Shown piece by piece: positions 39,073 to 49,911 of a stretch of 64,000 nt of DNA (positions are counted from its first letter, which is position 1; every line of letters begins with the position of its first letter). The position numbers and the translations under genes were made by a program. The notes beneath the pieces were generated by a model. That model saw nothing but the letters and a program-made list of their open reading frames with translations, had not been told where the DNA came from and made no database searches. The stretch spans positions 7,846 through 71,845 of the forward strand of contig JADKIA010000026.1 in NCBI GenBank assembly GCA_016721465.1. The letters are read 5' to 3'. Source of the DNA: Ideonella sp. Lineage in GTDB: Bacteria > Pseudomonadota > Gammaproteobacteria > Burkholderiales > Burkholderiaceae_C.

Positions 39073-40254
39073 TCACATGGTCTCGGCGAACAGCTCGCGG
39101 CCAATCAGCATGCGCCGAATCTCCGAGGTGCCGGCGCCGATCTCGTAGAGTTTGGCATCGCGCCACAGTCGACCCAGCGGGTATTCGTTGATGTAGCCGT
39201 TGCCGCCGAAGATCTGTACGCCCTCGCCCGCCATCCAGGTGGCCTTTTCGGCACACCAGAGGATCACGCTGGCGCAGTCCTTGCGCACCTGGCGAACATG
39301 CTCGCTGCCCAGTTTGTCGAGATTCTTGCCCACCGTGTAGGCGAAGGCGCGTCCGGCCTGCAGCACGGTGTACATGTCGGCCACCTTGCCCTGGATGAGC
39401 TGGAACTCGCCGATGCTCTGGCCGAATTGCTTGCGGTCGTGGATGTAGGGCATCACGTTGTCCATCACCGATTGCATGATGCCGATCGGGCCCGCCGACA
39501 GCACGGCGCGCTCGTAGTCCAGGCCACTCATCAGCACGCGTGCGCCGCCGCCCAGCTGGCCCAGGATGTTGGCCGCAGGCACCTCCACGTTCTGGAACAC
39601 CAACTCGCCGGTGGAGCTGCCGCGCATGCCCAGCTTGTCGAGCTTTTGCGCGATCGAAAAGCCCTTCATGCCCTTCTCGATCAGGAAGGCCGTGACGCCA
39701 CGCGCGCCGAGCTCGGGCTCGGTCTTCGCGTAGACCACCAGGGTGTCGGCATCGGGGCCGTTGGTGATCCAGAACTTCGAGCCGTTGAGCAGGTAGTAGC
39801 CGCCCTTGTCCTCTGCCTTGAGCTTCATGCTGATCACGTCGGAGCCGGCGCCGGGCTCGCTCATGGCCAGCGCACCCACGTGCTCGCCACTGACGAGCTT
39901 GGGCAGGTAGCGCGCCTTTTGCGACTCGCTGCCGTTGCGCTTGATCTGGTTGACGCACAGGTTGCTGTGCGCGCCGTAGCTCAGGCCCACCGAGGCCGAG
40001 GCACGGGAGATTTCCTCCATCGCGATCATTTGCGCCAGATAGCCCATGTTGGCGCCACCGTACTGCTCGGGCACGGTGATGCCCAGCACGCCCAGCTCGC
40101 CCATCTTGCGCCACAGGTCCATCGGGAACTGGTCGCTGCGGTCGATCTCCGCCGCCCGCGGCGCGATCTCGGCCAGTGCAAAGGCCCGCACCGCGTCGCG
40201 CAGCGCGTCGATGTCTTCGCCGAGTTGGAAATCGAGTCCGGGCAGCTGGCTCAT
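39073..40254 (-). CDS. ivd: Isovaleryl-CoA dehydrogenase
   Basis: 393 aa. [29 protein letters not shown] and [20 protein letters not shown]. It follows a LiuR operator. Confidence 0.9.
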   Translation of the reverse strand: MSQLPGLDFQLGEDIDALRDAVRAFALAEIAPRAAEIDRSDQFPMDLWRKMGELGVLGITVPEQYGGANMGYLAQMIAMEEISRASASVGLSYGAHSNLCVNQIKRNGSESQKARYLPKLVSGEHVGALAMSEPGAGSDVISMKLKAEDKGGYYLLNGSKFWITNGPDADTLVVYAKTEPELGARGVTAFLIEKGMKGFSIAQKLDKLGMRGSSTGELVFQNVEVPAANILGQLGGGARVLMSGLDYERAVLSAGPIGIMQSVMDNVMPYIHDRKQFGQSIGEFQLIQGKVADMYTVLQAGRAFAYTVGKNLDKLGSEHVRQVRKDCASVILWCAEKATWMAGEGVQIFGGNGYINEYPLGRLWRDAKLYEIGAGTSEIRRMLIGRELFAETM

Positions 40255-40314
40255 GAGGGGGTCTCCTGCGGGTGGTTTGAATCGTTGGGGGTGTCTGGGG
40301 CCATGCGCCGCTGG

Positions 40315-40779
40315 CTAGTGCCGGACGCCATCGCGGCCGGTCACGGTCATCAGCGTGGCGGTCATCGTGGCCACCAGGCTGGGCTGGCCATCGGGCCCCG
40401 GCTGCCAGCAGCGCGCATCCGCCACGCTGATGGTACGACCAGCCTTGGTCACCTCGGCCTCGCAGCGCAGCAGCGGTCCGCGGGCAGGCGCCAGCAGGTT
40501 GAGCTTGAACTCGATCGTGAGCACGGCGGCATCGGCGGGCATCAGCGTGGACGCCGCGTAGCCGCAGGCCGAATCCATCGCCGCAGCCACCATGCCGGCG
40601 TGAACGAAGCCGTGCTGCTGGCTCACCTGCGCCGAATGCGGCAGCAGCACCACCACGCGGCCCGGCCCGACCTGCCCCAGCGTGGCACCCATCGTGGCCA
40701 TGGCGCCCTGCTTGGCAAACGAGGCGCGCACGCGCGCATCGAAGTCGGCATCGGGAGGGGCGGTGAGGCGACGAGACAC
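40315..40779 (-). CDS. PaaI-family hotdog-fold thioesterase
   Basis: HGFVHAGMVAAAMDSACGYAA and a C-terminal GRTISVADA pattern. Confidence 0.8.
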   Translation of the reverse strand: MSRRLTAPPDADFDARVRASFAKQGAMATMGATLGQVGPGRVVVLLPHSAQVSQQHGFVHAGMVAAAMDSACGYAASTLMPADAAVLTIEFKLNLLAPARGPLLRCEAEVTKAGRTISVADARCWQPGPDGQPSLVATMTATLMTVTGRDGVRH

Positions 40780-40797
40780 GGCGGGCCTTGATTGACG

Positions 40798-40813
40798 TTG
40801 ACGTAAACGTCAA
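40798..40813. promoter_or_regulatory. Candidate LiuR (MerR-type) operator upstream of the thioesterase-ivd operon
   Basis: Palindrome TTGACGTaaACGTCAA lies 19 nt upstream of the start at 40779. An overlapping extra half-site ATTGACG sits at 40791-40797. Confidence 0.6.
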
Positions 40814-40906
40814 TCATAGCGGGGCCGGCGCGTGCTGGCGCAACAAGGCCGGCGAATGCTGGGGGCTTTGTCTGAACGGTGACAGCGCCGCCTGCGGCTC
40901 TCCGAG

Positions 40907-41326
40907 TCAACGGCGTTTGGCGGCCATGGGCATCTTGGCCAGCAGGCTGCGGCAGCGCTGCTCGTGCTGAGCGATCTCGGCCAGGGTGATCTCGATGTCC
41001 TCACGCTGCTGTTCGAGGTTGTGACGGTGCAGGGCCAACGCAGCCTGGAAAGCCTGCAGTTGCGGGGCGGTGTCCGACTCGCTGTCGTACATGGTGACCA
41101 GTTGCAGGATGTCCTGCAACGCGAAGCCCAGCCGCTTGCCGCGCAGCGTGAGCTTCAGGCGTGTGCGGTCGCGCTGCGTGTAAACGCGGTTGCGGCCCTG
41201 CCGCGCCGGAGCGAGCAGGCCCACGTCTTCATAGAAACGGATGGCACGCGGGGTGACGTCGAACTCGTGCGCGAGTTCGGTGATCGTGAAAGTCTTGGCT
41301 TCGCGGGCCGCGGCGCTGGCGCTCAT
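40907..41326 (-). CDS. liuR: MerR-family transcriptional regulator (LiuR-like)
   Basis: FTITELAHEFDVTPRAIRFYEDVGLL is a MerR HTH, followed by a coiled-coil dimerisation helix. Position is next to ivd. Confidence 0.8.
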   Translation of the reverse strand: MSASAAAREAKTFTITELAHEFDVTPRAIRFYEDVGLLAPARQGRNRVYTQRDRTRLKLTLRGKRLGFALQDILQLVTMYDSESDTAPQLQAFQAALALHRHNLEQQREDIEITLAEIAQHEQRCRSLLAKMPMAAKRR

Positions 41327-41339
41327 CGTGTTGGTGCAA

Positions 41340-41355
41340 TTGACGTGAACGTCAA
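41340..41355. promoter_or_regulatory. Candidate LiuR operator upstream of liuR (autoregulation)
   Basis: TTGACGTgaACGTCAA, extending to the perfect 9-bp arms AATTGACGT/ACGTCAATT, lies 14 nt upstream of the liuR start. Confidence 0.6.
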
Positions 41356-41493
41356 TTTACCCGAATTGAGCGATTGCGCGCCACGGCCGGCACGGGAAGC
41401 GACTGCACCGCGCCGGAATCAGGCGCCGGCGCCGAGATGGCCGGGCAGGCCGATCGTCCCCCACGCGAGGCGGCAACGCCGCCTGGGGCGCGC

Positions 41494-41700
41494 TCAGTTC
41501 GACGCGGCAGAGGCGGGCGCAGCCGCTGCGGTGGGTGCGGTCGACGAGGCTGGTGCCGCGGCCGATGCCGGCTCAGCGGTGTGGGCCGGCGTGGAAACCT
41601 CGTGCTTTTCACCACCCATGTCGACGTTGCCGCCGCCCTTCTTCAGCACAAACAGCGCGACGGCGGCGAAAACGACGAAGGCGAGCAGCAGCTTCCACAT
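41494..41700 (-). CDS. Small membrane-anchored Ala/Pro/Ser-rich protein (68 aa)
   Basis: ATG 41700, in frame within ORF 41494..42351. One TM helix (MWKLLLAFVVFAAVALFVL) and then a low-complexity tail. No strong SD. Confidence 0.35.
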   Translation of the reverse strand: MWKLLLAFVVFAAVALFVLKKGGGNVDMGGEKHEVSTPAHTAEPASAAAPASSTAPTAAAAPASAASN

Positions 41701-41843
41701 GGTGCGAATCCTGGTTGGGCTTTGGGGAATGTCGATGGTAGCGGCTTGGCCGCGCCCCCCGGCATGGGCCGGCATCATCGGCAGCCCGGCTGACCGGGCT
41801 CTGACGGCCCCGCCGCCATCCCTCGGCCAGGGGTTCAGCCCGG

Positions 41844-42797
41844 CTATTCGAGCGCGGGCAACACCTCGTCGCGCAGGGCCCCGCGGCTGCGTTCGAAATC
41901 GGGCAGCACCGAGCGCACCACGTCCCAGAACGCCGAGCTGTGGTTCATCTCGCGCAGGTGGGCCAGCTCGTGCGTGACCACATAGTCGATCACCGGCATC
42001 GCGAAGTGGATGAGGCGCCAGTTCAGGCGCACCGAGCCGTCGGCGCTGGCGCTGCCCCAGCGCGTGGCGGCAGAGCTGAGCGACATGCGGCGCACGCGCA
42101 CCCCGAGCGCCTGCGCAAAGTGCTCGCAGCGGGCCTCGAAGACGCGTCGTGCCTGGCGCTGCAGCCAGCTTTGCACCGCCTCGCGGATCTGGTCCTGCGA
42201 GGCGCTCTGGGGCAGGCCCAGGTGCAGCGTCAGGCTCGGCACGCCGGGCAGGCCGCCCCCGCCCGGATCGAGCACCGCACCGGTGACGCGCGGGTCGAGC
42301 ACCAGGATGACGGTCTCCCCCAGGAAGGGCAGGCTGGTGCCGTCGCGCCACTCGATGCGTGCGGCCTGCAGGCGATCGGAGCGTTCACGCTGCTCGTGCA
42401 GTTTGCGCAGGATCCAGCCGGCCTTGGCCTGCAAGGCCTGGTCCACTTCGTTCATCGACACCCAGCGCGGGGCACTCACGCTCAGGCCCTCGGTGCCGAC
42501 CACGAAGCCGATGCTGCGGCGCCTGGCGCGGCGAAACTCATAGCCCACCCGGTGCTCGCCCAGCGTGACCTGACGGTGCGCACGCGGATGGTGGAAGCGG
42601 GGGGGATTGATCGCGGATGCGGTGGGCATCGGCATGGGGGTAGGCTCAGCGCCAGGTGTCGGGACGGGCGACGTCACGTTGGGCGGTGGCACGGGCAGCG
42701 GCCCCGACGTGGCCGGGCGCGGCCCCGGGGGCGCCGACGGCGCCGCATCGAACAGCGACAGCTGGTGCGGATCGGTGTCTCGGCTCGGCCTGTCCAT
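41844..42797 (-). CDS. YgjP-like (DUF45, SprT/WLM-type) zinc metallopeptidase
   Basis: HELAHLREMNHSSAFW carries the HExxH motif near the C-terminus. Pro-rich N-terminal extension. Confidence 0.8.
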   Translation of the reverse strand: MDRPSRDTDPHQLSLFDAAPSAPPGPRPATSGPLPVPPPNVTSPVPTPGAEPTPMPMPTASAINPPRFHHPRAHRQVTLGEHRVGYEFRRARRRSIGFVVGTEGLSVSAPRWVSMNEVDQALQAKAGWILRKLHEQRERSDRLQAARIEWRDGTSLPFLGETVILVLDPRVTGAVLDPGGGGLPGVPSLTLHLGLPQSASQDQIREAVQSWLQRQARRVFEARCEHFAQALGVRVRRMSLSSAATRWGSASADGSVRLNWRLIHFAMPVIDYVVTHELAHLREMNHSSAFWDVVRSVLPDFERSRGALRDEVLPALE

Positions 42798-42842
42798 GCG
42801 GCCGGATTCTACGAAGAACTGGCCCGGCGACCGGGGCCACGC

Positions 42843-43592
42843 TCAGCGATAGGCCTCGGGATCCAGGCGCCGCATCTCGGCCTCGATCCAGGCCTCCACC
42901 TCGCGCATCAGTTCATCCGGTTCGCGACCGGCGGACGGGATTGGGCGGCCGATGGAGATGTCCACCACGCCGGGCCTCAGCAGAAAACTCTTGCGCGGCC
43001 AGCAGCGGGCGGATGTGGCCGCAATGGGCACGATGGGCACGCCGCATTCCACCGCCAGGCGGCTGGCGCCATTCTTGTAGCTGCCCTTGGCGCCGCGTGC
43101 GATGCGCGTGCCCTCGGGAAACATGATGACCCAGTGGCCCTTGGACATCAGCCGGCGGCCTTGCTCGGCCACGCGGGCCCAGGCCTGCGCGCGCTTGCTG
43201 CGGTCGATGTGGATCATGTCCATCCGGGCCATGGCCCAGCCGAAGAAGGGCACGTACAGCAACTCGCGCTTGAACACATAGGCCAGCGGGTGTGACATCA
43301 GCGAGGGGTAGGCGAAGGTCTCCCAGGTGGATTGGTGCTTGGACGCCAGGACCAGGCCGGCCATGGCATCGGCCTTGGTCGGCAGGTGCTCCATGCCCTG
43401 GATGCGGTGGCGCACGCCACAGATCACCCGCGCACCCCAGATGGCCGTGCCCAGCCATCCGGCGCACATCCAGTAGACGACATTGCCGCGCGCCCCGATG
43501 GACACCAGCACCACGGCCAGTGCCCAGGGGATCACGGTGATCACCAGGAACAACACGAACAGCAAGGATCGCACTGCGGACAAGGCTCTCAT
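42843..43592 (-). CDS. plsC: 1-acyl-sn-glycerol-3-phosphate acyltransferase
   Basis: SKHQSTWETF (HX4D-type block), FPEGTR and an N-terminal TM helix. Confidence 0.85.
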   Translation of the reverse strand: MRALSAVRSLLFVLFLVITVIPWALAVVLVSIGARGNVVYWMCAGWLGTAIWGARVICGVRHRIQGMEHLPTKADAMAGLVLASKHQSTWETFAYPSLMSHPLAYVFKRELLYVPFFGWAMARMDMIHIDRSKRAQAWARVAEQGRRLMSKGHWVIMFPEGTRIARGAKGSYKNGASRLAVECGVPIVPIAATSARCWPRKSFLLRPGVVDISIGRPIPSAGREPDELMREVEAWIEAEMRRLDPEAYR

Positions 43593-44188
43593 CGCAACTC
43601 ACCCAGGCCGGAAATCGCCACGTTGTCACGTCGCAGCAGGTGGTCCGCAAACCCAGCCAGGTCGGCGTGCATCCGACTGCCAGGCACCTGCGCAAGGATC
43701 TGCGCCAGTTGTTCCGAATCCAACTTGGCCGCCCGGCCCGTGCGCAACAGGTGCGGCTCGCAACCTGCCGCATGCGCAGCCTGCAGGTCGCGCAGGGTGT
43801 CGGACAACATCGGCACCAGGTGCAGGTCGATGCCATAGCGCCGACCGATTTCCGTCACCAGGCCAGGCAGCGGCTTGCGGCAATCGCAATGGTCTTCCGG
43901 GGTGTGCGGGCAGAAGAACACCGCATCCACGCGCCCACCCACCGCCGCCAGGCAATGCGCCATGTGCGCATGAACCGCATTGACCGAGGCCATGTCGATC
44001 ATGCCGCGACCGATGCCGCTCTGGTTCGTGGCCACCACCACATGCCAGCCACTCTGGTTGAGCCGCGCGACGGCCTCCAGCGCGCCGGGAATCGGTGTCC
44101 ACTCCTGCGGGGACTTGACGTGGTCGTCTCGAAACTCGTTGAGGATGCCGTCCCGGCCGAGGATCACCAACTTCACGACATGTTGCAT
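43589..44188 (-). CDS. gmhB: D-glycero-beta-D-manno-heptose-1,7-bisphosphate 7-phosphatase
   Basis: HAD motif LGRDGIL, VVATNQSGIGRG and zinc-binding CDCRKPLPGL. 4-nt overlap with plsC. Confidence 0.85.
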   Translation of the reverse strand: MQHVVKLVILGRDGILNEFRDDHVKSPQEWTPIPGALEAVARLNQSGWHVVVATNQSGIGRGMIDMASVNAVHAHMAHCLAAVGGRVDAVFFCPHTPEDHCDCRKPLPGLVTEIGRRYGIDLHLVPMLSDTLRDLQAAHAAGCEPHLLRTGRAAKLDSEQLAQILAQVPGSRMHADLAGFADHLLRRDNVAISGLGELR

Positions 44189-44216
44189 CAGCGGACCTCG
44201 GTGGGGTTGGGCACGG

Positions 44217-46340
44217 TCAGGCCGCCAGGCGCGACAGATCGGCCACGCGGTTCATCGCCGCGTGCAGCGTGGCCAGCAGGGCCAGCCGGTTGGCGCGCAA
44301 CGCAGGGTCGTCGGCATTGACCATCACGCCATCGAAGAAGGCATCGACCGGACCGCGCAGGGCGGCCAGCGCCTGCAGCGAACCGGTGTGGTCACCGGCC
44401 GAGAACGCGGCCTCCGCCTTGGGGGCGATGGCTTGCAGGGCCTGGTAGAGCGCGGCCTCGGCGGGCTCCTTCAGCTGCGCCACGTCCACCGCGACACGGC
44501 CCCCGGCATCGGACTTCTTCAGGATGTTGCCCACGCGCTTGTTGGCGGCCGACAGCGCAGAGGCTTCGGGCAGCGCGGCGAAGCTGCGCACGGCAGCCAG
44601 GCGCTTCGGGAACTCGACCCAGAGGTTCGGGCGAGCCTCCACCACGGCGTCCACCTCTTGGGCGCTGTAGCCCTGATCGCGCAGGTAGCCGACGAGGCGT
44701 TCCTTCATGAAACCGTTGACCTCGGCATGCGCCTGCGCCAGGTGGCTCGGCAAGGCCTGAAAGGTCTCGCCGATGAGCTCGGCCAGGCCGAGCGACAACT
44801 GGGCCTCGATGAGCATGCGGATGATGCCCAGGGCGTGCCGGCGCAGCGCGAACGGGTCCTTGTCGCCGGTGGGGATCTGGCCGATGCCGAACATGCCGCA
44901 CAGGGTGTTCAGCTTGTCGGCCAGGGCCACGGCCAACCCCACCGGGTTGCGCGGCAATGCATCGCCGGCGAAGCGCGGCTTGTAGTGGTCCTCCACGGCG
45001 AATGCGATCGCCTCGGGCTCACCGTCATGTCGTGCGTAGTAGCCGCCCATGATGCCCTGCAGCTCCGGGAACTCGCCGACCATGTCGGTCAGCAGGTCGG
45101 CCTTGGCAAGCAGGGCGGCACGATCGGCCTGTTCGGCAAGCACTGGGCCACCCAACCGCTGGCCAATCGCCCGGGCCACGGCCCGCACCTGAGCCATCCG
45201 CGCGCCCTGCGTGCCGAGCTTGTTGTGATAGACCACCTTGTCCAGGCCCGACACCCGCTCGGCAAGCGGCTTCTTGCGGTCCTGGTCGAAGAAGAACTTG
45301 GCATCGGCCAGGCGCGGGCGCACCACGCGCTCGTTGCCACCGATCACCTGCGACGCGTCGGCCGGGCGGATGTTGCTGACCACCAGGAATTGGTGCGTCA
45401 ACCGGCCCTGCCCATCGAGCAGCGGGAAGTACTTCTGGTTGGCCTTCATGGTCAGGATCAGACACTCGGCCGGCACCTGCAGGAACTGCTCCTCGAAACG
45501 GCACAGCAGCACGTTGGGCCGCTCCACCAGCGCCGTCACTTCATCGAGCAGCGCGTCGTCGTCGATGGGCTTGAGGCCCTCCGCGGCGGCCTTCTCGCCC
45601 AGCTGGCGCACGATCTCGGCGCGACGCTCGGCGAAGCTGGCGATCACGGCCCCTTCGTCGCGCAACTGCGCGGCGTAGCTGTCGGCATCGCGCAGGACCA
45701 CCGGGTTCACGCTGGCCTCGAAGCGATGGCCCTGTGTGTCGCGGCCAGCTTCCAGCCCCAGCACAGAAATGGGCACCACATCGGCCCCATGCAGGGCCAC
45801 CAGGCCATGGGCCGGGCGAACGAAATGCACGGTGGTCCAGCCGGGACGCACGCCCTCGCCGCCTTCGAGCTGGTAGCTCATCACCTTGGGAATCGGCAGC
45901 TTCGCCAAGGCTTCCTCGATGGCGCGCTGCAGGCCATCGGCCAGCGTGGCGCCGGGCACCAGGTTGTCCAGGAACAGTGCCTCGGCCTTGCCGTCCATGG
46001 CCCGCTTGAGCTGGGGCACCACCGACGCATCCGCGCCGAGCGCGGCCAGCTTCTTCAACAGGGCTGGCGTGGCGCCGCCGTTGGCGTCCAGTGCCACCGC
46101 CACCGGCATCAGCTTTTGCTGCATCGCGCGGTCAGCGGCCTTGTCGGCCACGGCTGCGACATGCACCCCCAACCGACGAGGTGAGGCAAAGGGCATGACC
46201 ACCGCATCGGCCGTGGCCAGGCCTTGCGACTTGAGCGACGCGGCCAATGCGGCCGCAAACGCCTCGCCCAGCTTCTTCAAGGCCTTGGGCGGCAGTTCTT
46301 CAACGAACAACTCGACCAGCAGGTTTTTCGCACTCATCAC
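44217..46340 (-). CDS. glyS: Glycine--tRNA ligase beta subunit
   Basis: 707 aa. LLVELFVEELPPK N-terminus. Immediately downstream of glyQ. Confidence 0.95.
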   Translation of the reverse strand: MMSAKNLLVELFVEELPPKALKKLGEAFAAALAASLKSQGLATADAVVMPFASPRRLGVHVAAVADKAADRAMQQKLMPVAVALDANGGATPALLKKLAALGADASVVPQLKRAMDGKAEALFLDNLVPGATLADGLQRAIEEALAKLPIPKVMSYQLEGGEGVRPGWTTVHFVRPAHGLVALHGADVVPISVLGLEAGRDTQGHRFEASVNPVVLRDADSYAAQLRDEGAVIASFAERRAEIVRQLGEKAAAEGLKPIDDDALLDEVTALVERPNVLLCRFEEQFLQVPAECLILTMKANQKYFPLLDGQGRLTHQFLVVSNIRPADASQVIGGNERVVRPRLADAKFFFDQDRKKPLAERVSGLDKVVYHNKLGTQGARMAQVRAVARAIGQRLGGPVLAEQADRAALLAKADLLTDMVGEFPELQGIMGGYYARHDGEPEAIAFAVEDHYKPRFAGDALPRNPVGLAVALADKLNTLCGMFGIGQIPTGDKDPFALRRHALGIIRMLIEAQLSLGLAELIGETFQALPSHLAQAHAEVNGFMKERLVGYLRDQGYSAQEVDAVVEARPNLWVEFPKRLAAVRSFAALPEASALSAANKRVGNILKKSDAGGRVAVDVAQLKEPAEAALYQALQAIAPKAEAAFSAGDHTGSLQALAALRGPVDAFFDGVMVNADDPALRANRLALLATLHAAMNRVADLSRLAA

Positions 46341-47261
46341 TCAGGCCGCCTTCTTCAGTTCGATGGCGGCCAGGACTTCCTCGGCCCAATCTTTCGGCGC
46401 CATCGGAAAGCCCAGGCGGGCGCGGCTGTCCACATAGCTCTGCGCCACGGCGCGGGCCAGGTTGCGGATGCGGCCGATGTAGGCCGCGCGCTCGGTGACA
46501 CTGATGGCGCCACGCGCGTCCAGCAGGTTGAAGGTGTGGCCGGCCTTGAGCAACTGCTCGTAGGCGGGCAGCGCGAGTTGCTGCGTCATCAAGTACTGGC
46601 TCTGTTTCTCGTGCGCACCGAAGGCCAGCAACAGGAATTCGACATCGCTGTGCTCGAAGTTGTAGGTGCTTTGCTCCACTTCGTTCTGGTGGTAGACGTC
46701 GCCGTACTTCAATCCGTCGGTCCAGGCCAGGTCGTAGACGTTGTCGACGCCTTGAAGGTACATGGCCAGGCGCTCGAGGCCGTAGGTGATCTCGCCGGTG
46801 ATGGGCTTGCAGTCGATGCCGCCCACCTGCTGGAAGTAGGTGAACTGCGTCACCTCCATGCCGTTGAGCCACACCTCCCAGCCCAGGCCCCAGCAGCCGA
46901 GCGTGGGGTTCTCCCAATCGTCCTCGACAAAGCGGATGTCGTTGCGCTTGAGATCGAAACCGACGGCTTCGAGCGAGCCCAGGTACAACTCCAGGATGTT
47001 GGCCGGTGCGGGCTTGAGCACCACCTGGTACTGGTAGTAGTGCTGCAGGCGGTTGGGGTTGTCGCCGTAACGGCCGTCCTTGGGGCGGCGGCTGGGCTGC
47101 ACGTAGGCGGCCTTCCAGGGCTCGGGACCGAGCGCACGCAGAAAGGTCGCCGTGTGGCTGGTGCCTGCACCAACCTCCATGTCGTAGGGCTGCAGCAGGG
47201 CACAGCCCTGGTGGGCCCAGTAGTCCTGGAGGCGAAGAATGAGTTGCTGAAAGGTGAGCAT
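46341..47261 (-). CDS. glyQ: Glycine--tRNA ligase alpha subunit
   Basis: Start ATG 47261 ([20 protein letters not shown]). Highly conserved glyQ text throughout. Confidence 0.95.
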   Translation of the reverse strand: MLTFQQLILRLQDYWAHQGCALLQPYDMEVGAGTSHTATFLRALGPEPWKAAYVQPSRRPKDGRYGDNPNRLQHYYQYQVVLKPAPANILELYLGSLEAVGFDLKRNDIRFVEDDWENPTLGCWGLGWEVWLNGMEVTQFTYFQQVGGIDCKPITGEITYGLERLAMYLQGVDNVYDLAWTDGLKYGDVYHQNEVEQSTYNFEHSDVEFLLLAFGAHEKQSQYLMTQQLALPAYEQLLKAGHTFNLLDARGAISVTERAAYIGRIRNLARAVAQSYVDSRARLGFPMAPKDWAEEVLAAIELKKAA

Positions 47262-47324
47262 GGGCGCGCACGGCGGCTGCCAAGGGGAACCTGCGAGTTT
47301 AACGGGCACCCCGTGCGGTCGCGC

Positions 47325-48866
47325 TCAGCGCCGGCGCCATGCGGCCAGCCCGATCACCAGCGCCGCCGCAGCCCACAGCGGCCACAGGCCTGCTCGCGAA
47401 AGCCAGGCCGCATAGGGCGTGTCACCGATGCGCCCCTCCACTTCGGACTCGAGCGTGCCCGCCTCGGCCGCCGGCAGACGTGCCACCACTTGGCCCTGGT
47501 GGTCGATGACGGTGGTGGCGCCGGTGTTGGTGGACCGGATGAAGGGCCGCTCGAATTCCAGCGCACGCATGCGCGAGAACTGCAGGTGCTGGTCCTGCAC
47601 CATCCGAGTGCCGAACCACGCCAGGTTGCTGGCATTGACGAAGATGGTGGCGGCACGCCCACCCACGGCGCTGCCGACGATGTCCTCGCCAAACAGGTCT
47701 TCGTAGCAGATCAAGGGCCGAAGGCGCTGCGCGCCAAGCGTCAGCGGCTCGCTGTTGCGACCTTGGGCCTGGTCGTCCAAGGGAATGTTCATGGCGCGGA
47801 CAAACCACCGGAAACCGAAAGGAATCACCTCGCCAAAGGGCAGCAGGTGCTGCTTGCCGTAGACGTAGGCCGTGGGTCCGGTGCCATCGCTGGCGGCCGA
47901 CAAGCCCACCATCGAATTGACGTAGCCGTGCACGTCATCACCCATGAAGATGCCCACCAGCGCCGCGCGGCCGGGGCTGGAAACGGCCTGGTGCAGACGA
48001 CGCCATTGGGCGGGATCCAGCGCCGACAAGGGCAAGGGCACCACCGATTCCGGCGTGACGACCAGCGCACCGCGCGCGGCCGCCACATCGTGGGCCAGGC
48101 GCTCGAAATTGATGACCATGCGTTCGGTGTCGAACTTCAGGTCCTGCGCCACGTTCGGCTGCAACAGGCTCACCGTGAGCCGGCCCGTTGAACGGGTGAA
48201 CCCCTGCGGCAGCAGCTGGCCAGCGGCGACCAGCAGCGCCATCGCCACGGCAGGCGCCACACCGGCGCGCCGGCCGCCACGGCCTGCCGAGATGGCCGTC
48301 GCCAGTGCGGCAGCCGCTGCCGCGGCCAACGCGCCGATGCCGTACACGCCCATCCAGGGGGCCCAGGCCGCCAACGGGCCGGTGGTGTGCGCGTAGCCCG
48401 ATGCCAGCCACGGAAACCCGCTGAGCCAGCTGGCCCGGGCGAGTTCGGCCGCCAGCCAGACGGCAGCAAACAGCAGGATGTCGGCCATGGGCCGATCTCG
48501 CCGCCAACGCGCAAACGCCGCGAAGGCCAGTGCGGTATAGATCGACAGCAGCAATGCCAACAACACCACGGCGGCCACCGCCAACCCGGCCGGCATCCCA
48601 CCGTAGCGGTGCATGCTGATGTAGAGCCACCACAGACCCGAGCCCAGCCACCCCAGCCCGAAGCCCACGCCGAGCCAGCCGGCCTGCCGGGTCGTGGCCG
48701 TGCGCAAGCGCCAGAACACCAGCGCCAGCGCGCCGATCTGCAGCCACCAGGCCTCTACCGGCGCAAAGCCTGCGGTGTGTACCAGGCCGGCCACCAGGGC
48801 AACGAACAGATTCCAGGCCCGGGCGCCCTGGCGGCTCACCCGGGGCGGGTGCGCAAGCCCCGGCAT
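47325..48866 (-). CDS. lnt: Apolipoprotein N-acyltransferase
   Basis: Multi-TM N-terminus plus a C-terminal nitrilase-type domain (LICYEDLFGE). Start shares one nt with the corC stop (TGATG). Confidence 0.9.
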   Translation of the reverse strand: MPGLAHPPRVSRQGARAWNLFVALVAGLVHTAGFAPVEAWWLQIGALALVFWRLRTATTRQAGWLGVGFGLGWLGSGLWWLYISMHRYGGMPAGLAVAAVVLLALLLSIYTALAFAAFARWRRDRPMADILLFAAVWLAAELARASWLSGFPWLASGYAHTTGPLAAWAPWMGVYGIGALAAAAAAALATAISAGRGGRRAGVAPAVAMALLVAAGQLLPQGFTRSTGRLTVSLLQPNVAQDLKFDTERMVINFERLAHDVAAARGALVVTPESVVPLPLSALDPAQWRRLHQAVSSPGRAALVGIFMGDDVHGYVNSMVGLSAASDGTGPTAYVYGKQHLLPFGEVIPFGFRWFVRAMNIPLDDQAQGRNSEPLTLGAQRLRPLICYEDLFGEDIVGSAVGGRAATIFVNASNLAWFGTRMVQDQHLQFSRMRALEFERPFIRSTNTGATTVIDHQGQVVARLPAAEAGTLESEVEGRIGDTPYAAWLSRAGLWPLWAAAALVIGLAAWRRR

Positions 48867-49741
48867 CAGGCGCCCGGCTCGGACGCCGCGCGTGTGACGC
48901 GGAACCAGCGCACTGCGCCACCGCGAGTGAGCATCACCTGGAAGGCCAGATCGCCCACCATCACCGTCTCGGCACGTCGCGGCACGCGGCCGAGTTCATG
49001 CGCCACCAGGCCGCCGATGGTGTCGAACTCGTCGGACGGCAAGGCCACGCCAAAGGCCGTGTTCACGGTGGCGATGGTGGTGTCGCCGGCCACACGCTGG
49101 GCACCATCGGCCAACGTGTAGATGCCGTTCTCGGCATCGGCCTCGTCGAACTCGTCCTCGATCTCGCCGACGATCTCTTCCAGCACGTCCTCGATGGTGA
49201 GCAGGCCGGCGGTGTTGCCGAACTCGTCGATCACCATGGCCAGATGGTTGCGATTGGAGCGGAAATCGCGCAGCAACTCGTTGAGGTTCTTGGATTCGGG
49301 CACGAACACCGCTGGCCGCAGCAGTGTGCGCAGGTTCAGCTCGGGCGCCCGCTGCAGCTTGAGCAGGTCCTTGGCCATCAGGATGCCGATGATGTTGTCG
49401 CGCGCCCCATCGTGCACCGGGAAGCGCGAATGCCCGGTGTCGATCACCAAGGCCAGCAACTCGTCGTAGGGCGACGCGATGTCCAACAGATCCATGCGCG
49501 GCGCGGCCACCATGACGTCGCCGGCCGTCATGTCGGCCATGCGGATCACACCCTCGAGCATGGCCCGGGACTCGGGCGCGATCAGCTCGCGCTGCTCGGC
49601 ATCGGCCAGCGTCTCCATCAGTTCCTCGCGCGAGTCCGGGCCGGGCGACACGAAATCGACCAGGCGGTCAAACAGGCTGCGGCGCTCTGCGACAGGGGCA
49701 CTGCCGCGGTGGTGCGATCGACTTGGAGGGGGTTCTGACAC
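48866..49741 (-). CDS. corC: CBS-pair / CorC_HlyC domain magnesium-cobalt efflux protein
   Basis: GTG 49741 chosen. CBS pair ([11 protein letters not shown]..., RFPVHDG) and C-terminal transporter-associated domain. corC-lnt synteny as in enterobacteria. Confidence 0.85.
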   Translation of the reverse strand: MSEPPPSRSHHRGSAPVAERRSLFDRLVDFVSPGPDSREELMETLADAEQRELIAPESRAMLEGVIRMADMTAGDVMVAAPRMDLLDIASPYDELLALVIDTGHSRFPVHDGARDNIIGILMAKDLLKLQRAPELNLRTLLRPAVFVPESKNLNELLRDFRSNRNHLAMVIDEFGNTAGLLTIEDVLEEIVGEIEDEFDEADAENGIYTLADGAQRVAGDTTIATVNTAFGVALPSDEFDTIGGLVAHELGRVPRRAETVMVGDLAFQVMLTRGGAVRWFRVTRAASEPGA

Positions 49742-49911
49742 GACGGGTGTCGAGGGTGGCGATGCGCAGAGAATACTCGATCGGCTTGACAGGGCTTCTG
49801 GCTTGCAACACAGTTCGCCGCCCTCACATGCCCCGTCGTGCGCTGCATCATTGCCCGCACGATGGCTTCCACAGCCAGCTTTCTCCCAACCGGCACACCA
49901 CAGGGTTCCCC

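Noticed and set aside
38968-48191. Plus-strand ORFs 38968..40791 (607 aa), 43980..46184 (734 aa) and 46224..48191 (655 aa)
   Set aside because: They are antisense to ivd/thioesterase, glyS and glyQ/lnt, all of which are unambiguous on the minus strand.
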